Origin: a virus
Taxonomy: Duplodnaviria > Caudoviricetes
Length of the DNA: 64,000 bases
Direction: 5' to 3' (one strand)
IMG/VR virus record: IMGVR_UViG_3300011977_000415
Location: 41,365-105,364 of that record
Each line of letters starts with the position of its first letter. Position 1 is the stretch's first letter. The notes beneath the pieces were generated by a model. The model saw nothing but the letters and a program-made list of their open reading frames with translations. It was not told where the DNA came from and searched no databases. The translations under genes were made by a program, and so were the position numbers. Shown here in pieces: positions 10,392 through 19,224 of this stretch.

Positions 10392-11570
10392 TTAGTATAA
10401 CAATCCAAAGCTCCACAAAGGTAGGAACTGTCCGCTTGCATATTCCGTATCATCACGGACGATGTAAGCGTTCTCCACGTCCTTTACCTGCTTCAGTCCT
10501 TTCTTCTTGCCACCCACCTCAAAGGTGTATTCACCAATCTGGAAGTCTGACACTTTGGAAGAGATCACTTCCTGGTTCAGTCTTGTCTGATTGAAGAAGA
10601 AGGTCTCGCGGACATTACCGATGTTGGCGTTCTCACCGGTCATGGTATATATCATATTGGTATTGTCAAGATATACCTTCTCGGTCTTGCCCAATCCACG
10701 CATACCACCTGTGCAATCACGGAGCTGTCCGATCATTCCTGCTTTCTCCATATACAGCAGGTAATTCGGAATATCGTTGCGACTAACCTTTATCTCATTG
10801 GCAAGGGATGATGCCTCTGGCTTGTAAGGAACATTGCTTGCGATGATGCCAAGCATACGGCGAAGTTTTCTGCCTGTTGCAGGTGTCATGTTGGCATACT
10901 GCGGTATGTCAACCTCCATGGTCAGACGGATTACCTGCTGAAGGCGCTGCTGGAAGTAGCCTTCGAGTGAGAAAGGATAATATCCCTCGCGAAGATACTG
11001 CTCGAACAAAGGAAGAGGATGCTCTACTCCTTCTATCTGTACCTTGCCCTCCAGGACTTCCTTTAAGGAACGTACTGGAGTCTTTATGCCATGGAACAGT
11101 TCAAGGAACTCACGGAACGAAAGACCCTGCATGTCGTTGAGAAGAACACGACGGCTAAGGTCGGCTTCACCTTCCAGAATATCCAGAACGGAGGAACCTG
11201 TGAAGAACACATGAAGTTTTGGATGGGAGTCGTAGATCTGCTTCAGTTCTGTCGACCATCCCTCGTACTTGTGAACCTCGTCGATGTAAAGCCATTCTCC
11301 ACCCTCACGGACAAACTGGGCTGCAGTGTCTATGAGCGTGTGGGTTGAGAAATAACTGTGGTCAGCCGAAACATACAGGCTTTTATCCTGGATGTCCTCG
11401 GCTTGCTCCTTGATGTGCTGGAGAACCATCGTGGACTTTCCTACACCACGAGGTCCCATCAGACCGACAAGTCTTGCCTCCCATGGCAGCTTGTCATACA
11501 TATAACGCTTGAAGTCAGTTGAAACGAGGTTCAGCTGTTCCTTCATAAATTCAGTCAATGTCAAATCCAT
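10392..11570 (-). CDS. AAA+ ATPase (AAA_14/DUF4143 type)
   Basis: GPRGVGKST Walker A, YIDEVH Walker B, FTGSS, C-terminal RETFF..DF..FEVGG. Confidence 0.85.
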   Translation of the reverse strand: MDLTLTEFMKEQLNLVSTDFKRYMYDKLPWEARLVGLMGPRGVGKSTMVLQHIKEQAEDIQDKSLYVSADHSYFSTHTLIDTAAQFVREGGEWLYIDEVHKYEGWSTELKQIYDSHPKLHVFFTGSSVLDILEGEADLSRRVLLNDMQGLSFREFLELFHGIKTPVRSLKEVLEGKVQIEGVEHPLPLFEQYLREGYYPFSLEGYFQQRLQQVIRLTMEVDIPQYANMTPATGRKLRRMLGIIASNVPYKPEASSLANEIKVSRNDIPNYLLYMEKAGMIGQLRDCTGGMRGLGKTEKVYLDNTNMIYTMTGENANIGNVRETFFFNQTRLNQEVISSKVSDFQIGEYTFEVGGKKKGLKQVKDVENAYIVRDDTEYASGQFLPLWSFGLLY

Positions 11571-11847
11571 AGTAGAATGTATTTAGATGCACCTTGAAAA
11601 GTGCAAGTTTAACCTCAATATGCACGATGGGAAGCGCAGATTAAAACACAATATGCACTCTCCAAGGTGCAAATTTAGCACTTTTGAGTTAAATAACCAA
11701 GCAAAATCATGTCAAAACACTTTGTTTTATAGAAAATTAGCATAGAAACTGTCAATACAGATTGACAACAGGTACTACCCCCTATAAATGATACTTTATA
11801 AGGCTTGATGATACCCTAATTTTTGGGTGTTTAATTGGGTGTAAAAA

Positions 11848-11874
11848 AAAACTCGCTGAAAATCAGCGAGTTTT
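11848..11874 (-). terminator. Original tRNA-Ser terminator displaced by prophage integration
   Basis: AAAACTCGCTGA-AAA-TCAGCGAGTTTT hairpin directly abutting the duplicated tRNA 3' end, with a T-tract on the minus strand. Confidence 0.7.
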
Positions 11875-11887
11875 GCGGAGAGAGAGG
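11873..11887 (+). repeat. att core (left copy), TTGCGGAGAGAGAGG
   Basis: Identical to 61259-61273, the 3' end of tRNA-Ser. Confidence 0.92.
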
Positions 11888-12005
11888 AAGCGTAACCCAT
11901 GAGTTTACACAATCCCAATGCGTGCCACAATGCCGTAAAACCTTGATTTGATGTTTTGTTGTGGTGTTTTATAGTGCCACACAATACCATATTTGCCCCG
12001 AAAAA

Positions 12006-12054
12006 TCGTGTACATTTTCGTGTACGTGGTTTTTTGGGGCTTTTTTCGTGTACA
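12006..12054 (+). repeat. Integrase arm-type sites (3 x TCGTGTAC)
   Basis: TCGTGTACATTTTCGTGTAC at 12006-12025 is identical to 61207-61226; third copy at 12046-12054. Confidence 0.75.
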
Positions 12055-12057
12055 TTG

Positions 12058-13332
12058 TCATAAATCATTGAATCGCGACATCGCACGTTCTTTCAGTTCA
12101 TCAACAATCGCCATGTATGGTTTCATGGCTTTCATGTCGGCGTGTCCCGTCCATTTCATTATCACCTCGGACGGGATGCCAAGTTGCAACGCCGTAACAA
12201 CAAACGTGCGCCGCCCGCAATGGGTGGTGAGCAACGCCCATTTCGGCATCACTTGTTCGATTCGTTCGTTCCCTTGGAAATAAACAATCCGGATGGGTTC
12301 ATCAATTCCGCATACTTGCCCCAAGATTTTCAAACGGGCGTTCATTTTCACGTTCGATATTACAGGCAACGCCAAACCATCCTTGATGTCATCATCCTTG
12401 TATTTGTCCAATATCGCCTTGGCGTGGTCGTTCAATTCGATGCGCAACCCATCATGCGTTTTTTGCGTTACCACATCAAAAAAGCCATCCTTGATGTCGG
12501 TGCGTTTGAGTTTGGCAACATCCGAATATCGCAATCCGGTGAAGCAGCAGAACAAGAACACATCCCGGACGCGCGCAAGGCTTGATTGTGTGGGCGCGAA
12601 TTGCCATGATTCAAGGCGCGATATTTCATCACGGGTTAAGTAAATGATTTCCTTGTTCCCGTCCACGCCTTTCATCTTTGGTTTGAACGTGTCATGCAAA
12701 TTGCCGGGGTAATACCCTTTTTTCGCCGCCCATCGCAAAAACCACCGCAAGAACGAAAGGTTCTTGGAAATGGTGGTGTTCCGCAAATCCTTTCGGAGCA
12801 ATGAATCAACGTAACCTTGCAATTTGCGTTCGGTCAATGCCGGGAACGAAATATTTGGGTCGTATTCATAAAGATGTCGCCGGAGGGCGGCAAACTTTTC
12901 GTGTGTTGAATCCGTCCATTGATTACGTTTGCCCATTTCATCCGTGAATAGGTCGTAAACCTTGAAGAAGTTATCATTGCAAGATGGCAAATCGGCATTC
13001 GTTTTTGTCTTGCGTCCAACCATATCATTGAACAAATCCTTGATTTCGCCCGGCGTTGGTGTGCGCTTTTCAAGCAGTTCATAACGGGCGATGATTTCAT
13101 TCACCACCGATTGCCATTCATCAATGGTGCGGTTAATGGCATCGGCATTCGGTGATGATGGCAGCGCGCGCCCTGTGGCGGCATCCCAATCATCGGCATC
13201 AATGTTTTGCCCCAATGGAAAATCCAATGGGCGTTCGCCGTGCAACGTTATGCGCATACGGATGGCAAGGTTCTTTGATTGCCCGGCGGTGCGCTTGTGC
13301 AACAAGAATCTTATTGTTCGTTTGATGTGCAT
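12058..13332 (-). CDS. Tyrosine integrase (Bacteroidetes Arm-DNA-bind/SAM-like type)
   Basis: FTGLRYSD (R), HCGRRTF (HxxR), TGH and PY catalytic motifs; adjacent to att. Confidence 0.95.
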   Translation of the reverse strand: MHIKRTIRFLLHKRTAGQSKNLAIRMRITLHGERPLDFPLGQNIDADDWDAATGRALPSSPNADAINRTIDEWQSVVNEIIARYELLEKRTPTPGEIKDLFNDMVGRKTKTNADLPSCNDNFFKVYDLFTDEMGKRNQWTDSTHEKFAALRRHLYEYDPNISFPALTERKLQGYVDSLLRKDLRNTTISKNLSFLRWFLRWAAKKGYYPGNLHDTFKPKMKGVDGNKEIIYLTRDEISRLESWQFAPTQSSLARVRDVFLFCCFTGLRYSDVAKLKRTDIKDGFFDVVTQKTHDGLRIELNDHAKAILDKYKDDDIKDGLALPVISNVKMNARLKILGQVCGIDEPIRIVYFQGNERIEQVMPKWALLTTHCGRRTFVVTALQLGIPSEVIMKWTGHADMKAMKPYMAIVDELKERAMSRFNDL

Positions 13333-13613
13333 GGTTGTTCAATATACATTTCGCCAACGCCAAGAAGCAGCCACGCCGGATTCACGCCGAAATCCAAGCA
13401 GATGCCCGAAAGCGCGTCAAGGTCAATAATTCGGTATGTCATCGCGTCCGTTCCCATCGTGTTTCTTATACAACTGTATTTTGTGCGGTTCAAATTATGT
13501 TTCCGGCAAAATCCACGCAATCCCAACGTTTTGCCGGATTCAACCGCATTGTCAAGGGCTTGAAAGAACCTTGCTTGTATGGCTTGGGATTCGGGGCTAA
13601 TATTCTTTTTCAT
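13311..13613 (-). CDS. Hypothetical HTH-like protein
   Basis: ICLDFGVNPAWLLLGVG is typical of repressor-like HTH C-termini; co-oriented with the integrase. Confidence 0.6.
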   Translation of the reverse strand: MKKNISPESQAIQARFFQALDNAVESGKTLGLRGFCRKHNLNRTKYSCIRNTMGTDAMTYRIIDLDALSGICLDFGVNPAWLLLGVGEMYIEQPCTSNEQ

Positions 13614-14176
13614 CGCGCGTGCGTGCGTATATTATCAATAATGATATGGAACACCGGGTAACTTATCAAATAGGCGTTATCGGCATTTATTTGCGCCGAA
13701 AGCGTGCCTTGTTGAAGTACATTGCCGGAGAAAACAACACGTTCAAGGTTGCCGATGCCCGCAAGCCTTTGGAAAACGGAATCGGTGGCGGCATCATCCG
13801 CCTTGCAATAATACGAAGCATCAAACGTTATTTGTGGCTTGGCATCAATTCCGTTGATGAGTTTGAACGAAACGTGTTTGTATGTGGTATCGTTCACCAC
13901 AACATCATCCACGCGCAAACCTTGCAACAGGGCATCGAACCCATCAGCACGACCATCCCGGAACAAGGATTGCAAATCGCGTTGGTAATCACCAAACAGT
14001 TGCGCTTCCTTTATGGGGTTAAATGTGGTGTCCGCAACCGCGCAATAATGCTGAATGATTGAATCCATTCGGCATTGCCTTTCGCATTCATGCGCCGGGC
14101 GTGGTGCGTTGTGTGTGCATGAGCATTGCAACACCAATGCAAATGCAGCCAAAAGAAGTTTCATTTGCCTTGCCAT
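13610..14176 (-). CDS. Putative lipoprotein in the lysogeny operon
   Basis: MKLLLAAFALVLQCSC signal peptide/lipobox; overlaps both neighbouring genes. Confidence 0.55.
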   Translation of the reverse strand: MARQMKLLLAAFALVLQCSCTHNAPRPAHECERQCRMDSIIQHYCAVADTTFNPIKEAQLFGDYQRDLQSLFRDGRADGFDALLQGLRVDDVVVNDTTYKHVSFKLINGIDAKPQITFDASYYCKADDAATDSVFQRLAGIGNLERVVFSGNVLQQGTLSAQINADNAYLISYPVFHIIIDNIRTHAR

Positions 14177-14355
14177 TCCGCCATCTTTTGTTTGTAGTCA
14201 ATTATCATTGAATCAAACAACGCCTTGTCCACGGTCGTTGTTGGTTCGCCTTTGAGTGATGCCAATTCAAGGGCATCAAAGATTGCTTCCGGCATCACGG
14301 AATAATAAGACGGGTTGCCGTAATAATCGGCAACGTTGATTGTGATTGTTTCCAT
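14161..14355 (-). CDS. Hypothetical protein
   Basis: Compact ORF tightly packed between the repressor and the lipoprotein gene. Confidence 0.6.
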   Translation of the reverse strand: METITINVADYYGNPSYYSVMPEAIFDALELASLKGEPTTTVDKALFDSMIIDYKQKMAEWQGK

Positions 14356-14357
14356 TC

Positions 14358-14759
14358 TTATCCTTGTTTAGTTAGATTATCAATGATTGCCAAAAGGCGG
14401 TCAATGTGTTCTTGCGCCTTTTGCAACGACAATTCCTTTGATGCAAGCAATTCAACCAACTTGGATAATTCGCTTTGCATCGCCACATCGGCGGCATTCT
14501 TGATGTTGTCGCCCATCACGTTGGCTTGTTCCACATTGCCACCATACATGACTGGGGAATCAATAATGCAATCCGAATAGAGTTCGGAAAGCCTTTGTTT
14601 TAGTTTATCCGAATAAGGGGAACGCCCCGTAATAACATCGGATAGATATGTTTTGGACACACCCAATTCTTTTGCAATGTCTTGTTGGGTCATCCTTTTC
14701 TTGTATTTAATGGTTTCAATCCATTCACGAATGGCGTTTTTTTCGTCTTTATTGCCCAT
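14358..14759 (-). CDS. Phage repressor (XRE HTH with coiled-coil C-terminus)
   Basis: MTQQDIAKELGVSKTYLSDVITGR; divergent from the early lytic operon. Confidence 0.8.
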   Translation of the reverse strand: MGNKDEKNAIREWIETIKYKKRMTQQDIAKELGVSKTYLSDVITGRSPYSDKLKQRLSELYSDCIIDSPVMYGGNVEQANVMGDNIKNAADVAMQSELSKLVELLASKELSLQKAQEHIDRLLAIIDNLTKQG

Positions 14760-14781
14760 ATACGTATCTTTTTTATATTAA

Positions 14782-14866
14782 ATCCGAAAATAATTCGGAT
14801 AATGTTTGCACAATCCGAATTTAATACGTACATTTGCAGCACGTAATTAAAAACAATGCAAATATA
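14782..14866. promoter_or_regulatory. Genetic switch: operator ATCCGAA-N5-TTCGGAT, rightward promoter (TTTG 14805-14808, TACATTTG 14829-14836) and leftward -7 element (14859-14866)
   Basis: Perfect 7-bp inverted repeat at 14782-14800; Bacteroidetes -33/-7 consensus with 20-nt spacing. Confidence 0.7.
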
Positions 14867-14919
14867 AATAAATAATTAACTCGCAAAAATAGCAAAAAAT
14901 ACTCAATTTGAAGAATAAC

Positions 14920-15504
14920 ATGGAAGAATTTAAGGAAATTAAAGGTTATGAGGGCTTGTATATGGCATCAACATACGGTTTTATATATAAAATCCGTGAT
15001 GGGAAGCCCTATAAGCGCATCGGCATTCCAAGAACAGATGGTGGACATAATTACACAATAACCAAGTTGTTTGATATGAACAAAGTTCGGAAAGATGTTT
15101 GTGTACACCGTATTATTGCCGAAACATTTTTGCCAAATCCGAATAATTATCCATGCGTGAATCATATTGATGGAAATAAGCACAACAACCGGGTTGATAA
15201 TCTTGAATGGGTTACATATTCTGATAACACAAAGAAAGCGTATGAAATTGGTGCATACGATGGATGCAAGGTGATTCCGGGGCATGAACAATTTTCATTC
15301 TTGCTTGGATGGTCACAAGTTCGCCAAGGCGATTTGCAAGAGGTAAAGGATGAAATTCTTACATCCTTGAACCTAAAACAAAAAGTTTCATGGTATCAAC
15401 GCTTATATGGAAACATTGAACCCAAGATAACGGAGTATTGGAAGATTGAAGAAATATTTCATAAACATGGAATAACCCAAATTTGGGGAGTTCCGCAAAA
15501 CTAA
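14920..15504 (+). CDS. NUMOD4/HNH endonuclease fused to a Cro-like domain
   Basis: FKEIKGYEGLY (NUMOD4) and VHRIIAETF..VNHIDGNKHNNRVDNLEW (HNH); C-terminus paralogous to 15511..15729. Confidence 0.8.
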   Translation: MEEFKEIKGYEGLYMASTYGFIYKIRDGKPYKRIGIPRTDGGHNYTITKLFDMNKVRKDVCVHRIIAETFLPNPNNYPCVNHIDGNKHNNRVDNLEWVTYSDNTKKAYEIGAYDGCKVIPGHEQFSFLLGWSQVRQGDLQEVKDEILTSLNLKQKVSWYQRLYGNIEPKITEYWKIEEIFHKHGITQIWGVPQN

Positions 15505-15510
15505 AAGAAC

Positions 15511-15729
15511 ATGAACAAAGAACAATTTTCATTTAACAATGGTTGGATGCAGTTACGCCAAGCGGACATCGCGGCTTGTCGTAAAGAACTGATGGTCGCA
15601 TTCAACGTAACAACCCGCGCGGCGTTTTTGCAGCGGTTGAAAGGCAATGTCATCCCGAACGTGCTTGAAGCACACAATGTGGAAAAGGTGTTTGCCAAGT
15701 ACGGAATAAAGGATGTGTGGGGGGAATGA
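15511..15729 (+). CDS. Small Cro-like early protein
   Basis: 72-aa helical ORF among the first genes of the operon divergent from the repressor; function inferred from position. Confidence 0.6.
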   Translation: MNKEQFSFNNGWMQLRQADIAACRKELMVAFNVTTRAAFLQRLKGNVIPNVLEAHNVEKVFAKYGIKDVWGE

Positions 15730-16115
15730 TTATGGACACCGTGAAACTTACCAAACGCGAATCCGAAATTGCGGAATTGTTCGCTTGGGGCGCAAGCAAA
15801 AAGGATATTGCAAATCGCCTTTTCATTTCGGAACGTACAGTTGAAAACCACGCCCGGAACATATTCATCAAAACCGGGTGTCAAAAGGTCAATGAATTAT
15901 CCGCGTGGTGGTTTTGCACGAAGTTCCACATTTCATTCGATTTGTCGCCATTCAAGCGCAAGTTCATCACATGGTGTTTGCTTGCCGTAATGATGCCAAC
16001 AATCATCAACCACGATAATGTGGTAATGCGTTTCCGCACGCAAAGCAGAACAACCCGTGTACAACGTTCACGCCGTGAATCGGAAGATGGAACGGCAAGT
16101 TTTCAAATCATCTAA
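15726..16115 (+). CDS. LuxR-type HTH regulator with a hydrophobic C-terminal segment
   Basis: LTKRESEIAELFAWGASKKDIANRLFISERTVENH. Confidence 0.85.
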   Translation: MIMDTVKLTKRESEIAELFAWGASKKDIANRLFISERTVENHARNIFIKTGCQKVNELSAWWFCTKFHISFDLSPFKRKFITWCLLAVMMPTIINHDNVVMRFRTQSRTTRVQRSRRESEDGTASFQII

Positions 16116-16126
16116 AATTCGCAACA

Positions 16127-16330
16127 ATGGAAAAATTCATTTCAGTATTTCAAATCATCACCGCGATATTCATTTTCCTTTTCGCGGTTGGCACAACAAT
16201 CCGTTGCATCGTCAATGGAAGCGATGTTTTTTACATCATCATGTTCACGTTGATGGCGTTGGTCGGTCGTTCAATGTTACGTTACACGATTGCAGAATAC
16301 AAGGAGTTGAAGCATGGAAATAACAAGTAA
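16127..16330 (+). CDS. Small two-TM membrane protein
   Basis: Two hydrophobic stretches; start preceded by the TAAAATTCGCAACA motif. Confidence 0.65.
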   Translation: MEKFISVFQIITAIFIFLFAVGTTIRCIVNGSDVFYIIMFTLMALVGRSMLRYTIAEYKELKHGNNK

Positions 16331-16589
16331 CACCCGCATCATTGATTTGACCGTTGGGCAACTGATGGATATAATTGCAAAGGCACAAGCCCCGGCGGTT
16401 GAACAAGCCCCGGAGCAAACGAAACGCCTTGTGTATGGAATTTCCGGGATTGCACAATTGTTCAATTGCAGCATGACAACGGCAAACCGCATCAAGGCAT
16501 CCGGGCGCATTGATGATGCAATCACGCAACATGGGCGTATCATCGTGGTGGATGCCGACAAAGCATTGGTTCTATTTAATAACAAATAA
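16314..16589 (+). CDS. DUF3853-family protein (excisionase-like HTH)
   Basis: DLTVGQL..VYGISGIAQLFNCSMTTANRIKASG..AITQHGRIIVVD. Confidence 0.75.
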   Translation: MEITSNTRIIDLTVGQLMDIIAKAQAPAVEQAPEQTKRLVYGISGIAQLFNCSMTTANRIKASGRIDDAITQHGRIIVVDADKALVLFNNK

Positions 16590-16600
16590 AATTCGCAACA

Positions 16601-18559
16601 ATGAAACAAGTAATTTTGAAGTCCTTGACCCTTTGCAATTTCAAGGGTGAACAGGCAAGAACAACGAATTTCAATCCGGATGTTACCACCATTTCCGGCG
16701 GCAACGGATTGGGAAAATCACGCCATTTCGATGCGTTCATTTGGTTGCTATTTGGTAAGGATGCACGCGACCGAAAGGATTATGAAATCAAAACCCGCGT
16801 GAATGGTGAAGAATTGCACAAATGCGAGTGCAGCGTTACGGGCGTGGTTGATGTGGATGGTGAAACAATCACATTGAAGCGTTCATTCGTGGAAGATTGG
16901 GTGAAGCCACGCGGGCAAGTGGAACAAGTGTACAAGGGAAATCACACGGAATGTTGGTGGAATGATACCCCGGTGAACGTGTCGGAATACGACAAGCGCA
17001 TCCAATCAATCGTTGATTCATCGGTTTTCAAGATGATTACAAACCCGGCGTTTTTCGTGGGCATGAAATGGCAATTGCAGCGCGAACAGTTGTTCCAACT
17101 CGCGGGCGTTGTTACTGATGCCGAAATCGCGGCGGGCAACCCACAATTCGCCGTGTTGCTTGATGTCATTTCCGGCAAATCCCTTGCCGACCACAAAAAG
17201 GAATTGGCGGCACGAAAAAAGCGTTATACGGAAGAATTGAAGCAGATTCAACCGCGTATTGACCAAACCCAAAAGATGAAGCCCGAACCGGAAGATTTCG
17301 CCGCCATTGAAGCGCAAATTGCGGACATTGACAAGCAGATTGCCGAAATTGATGCACAAATTGCCGATATAAACACCGCCATTCGCAAGCAATACGAAGC
17401 GGAACAGGTAAGGCAAAACCGCGTGAATAGTCTTACCCAACAGGCACAACAAATCGTGTTCGATGCAAAATCATTGGCGCAAGAAGCGGCATTCACCGCC
17501 AATGCAAAACGCCGCGAACATGTGAATACCATCCATGTGTTGCAAGGTGATTTGGATGCAAAGCGTGGTGAAGTACAAAAGGCACAATTGGACATCGCAC
17601 GCATCAACCGCGACATCGAAAAGGCACGCGAAAAACAATCCACGTTGCGCGATGAATGGTTTGCCGAAAACGGCAAGGAATACGCCGGGGAAACAACGTG
17701 TCCGCATTGCGGGCAAGCCTTGCCGGATGATATGATTGCAAAAGCAAAGCAATTGTTTGACGATGCCAAGGTTGCCAAATGTGCCGAAATTACCAATAAG
17801 GGCAAGGAACTTGGCGCGATAATCGCCGGATATGAAAATGATGTTGCCGCCCGACAAGAAGCCATCAACATTGCCAAATCAAGCATCGAACAGTTGAACG
17901 CCGACATCAAGGCTTTGCAAACCGAACTTGACGCAATGCCCGAAAAGGCGGCATCCACCATCAACCCCGAAGAAATCCCGGCATGGGTGGAATTGCAAAA
18001 GCAGATTGCCGACATCAAGGCGACCATTTCAACCGACAACACGGGCGTTGATACAAGCGCATTGCAAACCGCCAAGGCTGACTTGAACAGGCAACGCAAC
18101 GAATTGTCCACACGCCTTGCAAAGCGTGGCGCAATCAAGCGTTGCGATGATGAAATCACCAACCTTGAAGCACGTGGCAAAGAGTTGTCGCAAGCCATCG
18201 CCGACATTGAACGCGATGAATACACGGTTGAACAATTCACCCGCGCCAAGATTGACGAATGCGAAAAGCGCATCAACGCCAAGTTCAAATTCGTAACATT
18301 CCGGTTGTTCGATTACACCTTAGATGGCAACCCGGTTGAAACGTGCATCCCGTTGTGTGATGGCGTGCCGTATGGCAGCGCGAACACCGCAAGCCAAGTG
18401 AATGCCGGATTGGACATCATCAACGCCTTATGTGGTTATTACGGCATTTGCGCGCCAATCTTCATTGACAACCGCGAATCGGTAAACAACATCATTCCCG
18501 TACAAAGTCAAATTATTAACCTTGTCGTAACCAACGACAACAAATTGACCGTATCATGA
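16601..18559 (+). CDS. Rad50/SbcC-like ABC ATPase with coiled coil and zinc hook
   Basis: GGNGLGKS Walker A, CPHC hook, IFIDNRES Walker B, long coiled coil. Confidence 0.85.
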   Translation: MKQVILKSLTLCNFKGEQARTTNFNPDVTTISGGNGLGKSRHFDAFIWLLFGKDARDRKDYEIKTRVNGEELHKCECSVTGVVDVDGETITLKRSFVEDWVKPRGQVEQVYKGNHTECWWNDTPVNVSEYDKRIQSIVDSSVFKMITNPAFFVGMKWQLQREQLFQLAGVVTDAEIAAGNPQFAVLLDVISGKSLADHKKELAARKKRYTEELKQIQPRIDQTQKMKPEPEDFAAIEAQIADIDKQIAEIDAQIADINTAIRKQYEAEQVRQNRVNSLTQQAQQIVFDAKSLAQEAAFTANAKRREHVNTIHVLQGDLDAKRGEVQKAQLDIARINRDIEKAREKQSTLRDEWFAENGKEYAGETTCPHCGQALPDDMIAKAKQLFDDAKVAKCAEITNKGKELGAIIAGYENDVAARQEAINIAKSSIEQLNADIKALQTELDAMPEKAASTINPEEIPAWVELQKQIADIKATISTDNTGVDTSALQTAKADLNRQRNELSTRLAKRGAIKRCDDEITNLEARGKELSQAIADIERDEYTVEQFTRAKIDECEKRINAKFKFVTFRLFDYTLDGNPVETCIPLCDGVPYGSANTASQVNAGLDIINALCGYYGICAPIFIDNRESVNNIIPVQSQIINLVVTNDNKLTVS

Positions 18560-19224
18560 AAATATATTCAACAAAGGATTATTCGCGTTTTTCATTTCTT
18601 GATAACAATCGGATTGTAAAAAGTAGTCATGTTGATATGTTGAAAAAATCAATCAAGAACATTGACTTGACGAAGTATAATCCAATCAAGGTTGATGCTA
18701 ATTTGCGTATCATAGATGGACAACATAGATTCCATGCGTGTATGGAATTGGGATTACCTATATATTATGTTGTACTAAATGGTGTTGATGCTGAGCAAGC
18801 AATGATAATTGACAACCAAAACAACAAGAAATGGGAAATGATGGATTGGTTGCGTTACAGGGCAAACAAGAATGGTGGTTGTTATAAACAGTTGCTTGAT
18901 TTTATACAACAAACATGCACAACCATTAGTAACGCAATGGTAATATTTCCGGCTAAGGCAATAAATGCGGCAACATTGAAAGCCGGGACAACCGATTTCG
19001 GCGTTAATGAAAAAGCCTTTGATATTGTACATTTCTTGCAATCACAAGAAGTTAAGACATTATCATTTAGAAACAAAGAGCATTTAATTTGGCGATTAGA
19101 ATTGCATTTTGACGAATACTCAAAAAGGCAAATGGACAAATTGAAACGAAAGATTCTTTTAGTTCCCGAATGTGCAAATTACAAACAATACCTTACCGTT
19201 TTTTCAAACATAATAAAAAAATGA
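18556..19224 (+). CDS. ParB/Srx-like N-terminal domain protein (AT-rich)
   Basis: NNR..HV..LKKSI..PIKVD..IIDGQHRFHAC. Confidence 0.7.
   Translation: MKIYSTKDYSRFSFLDNNRIVKSSHVDMLKKSIKNIDLTKYNPIKVDANLRIIDGQHRFHACMELGLPIYYVVLNGVDAEQAMIIDNQNNKKWEMMDWLRYRANKNGGCYKQLLDFIQQTCTTISNAMVIFPAKAINAATLKAGTTDFGVNEKAFDIVHFLQSQEVKTLSFRNKEHLIWRLELHFDEYSKRQMDKLKRKILLVPECANYKQYLTVFSNIIKK

Noticed and set aside
11588-11767. Palindromes upstream of the AAA ATPase (TGCACCTTG..GTGCA pair; TGTCAAT-N4-ATTGACA)
   Set aside because: Could be operators or a small repeat element, but no further copies or cognate regulator are identifiable in the window
17248-18288. Long antisense ORFs (also 22650..23450, 43427..44164, 44485..45312, 45481..46167 and others)
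   Set aside because: Shadows of real genes caused by codon bias; no motifs or independent expression signals
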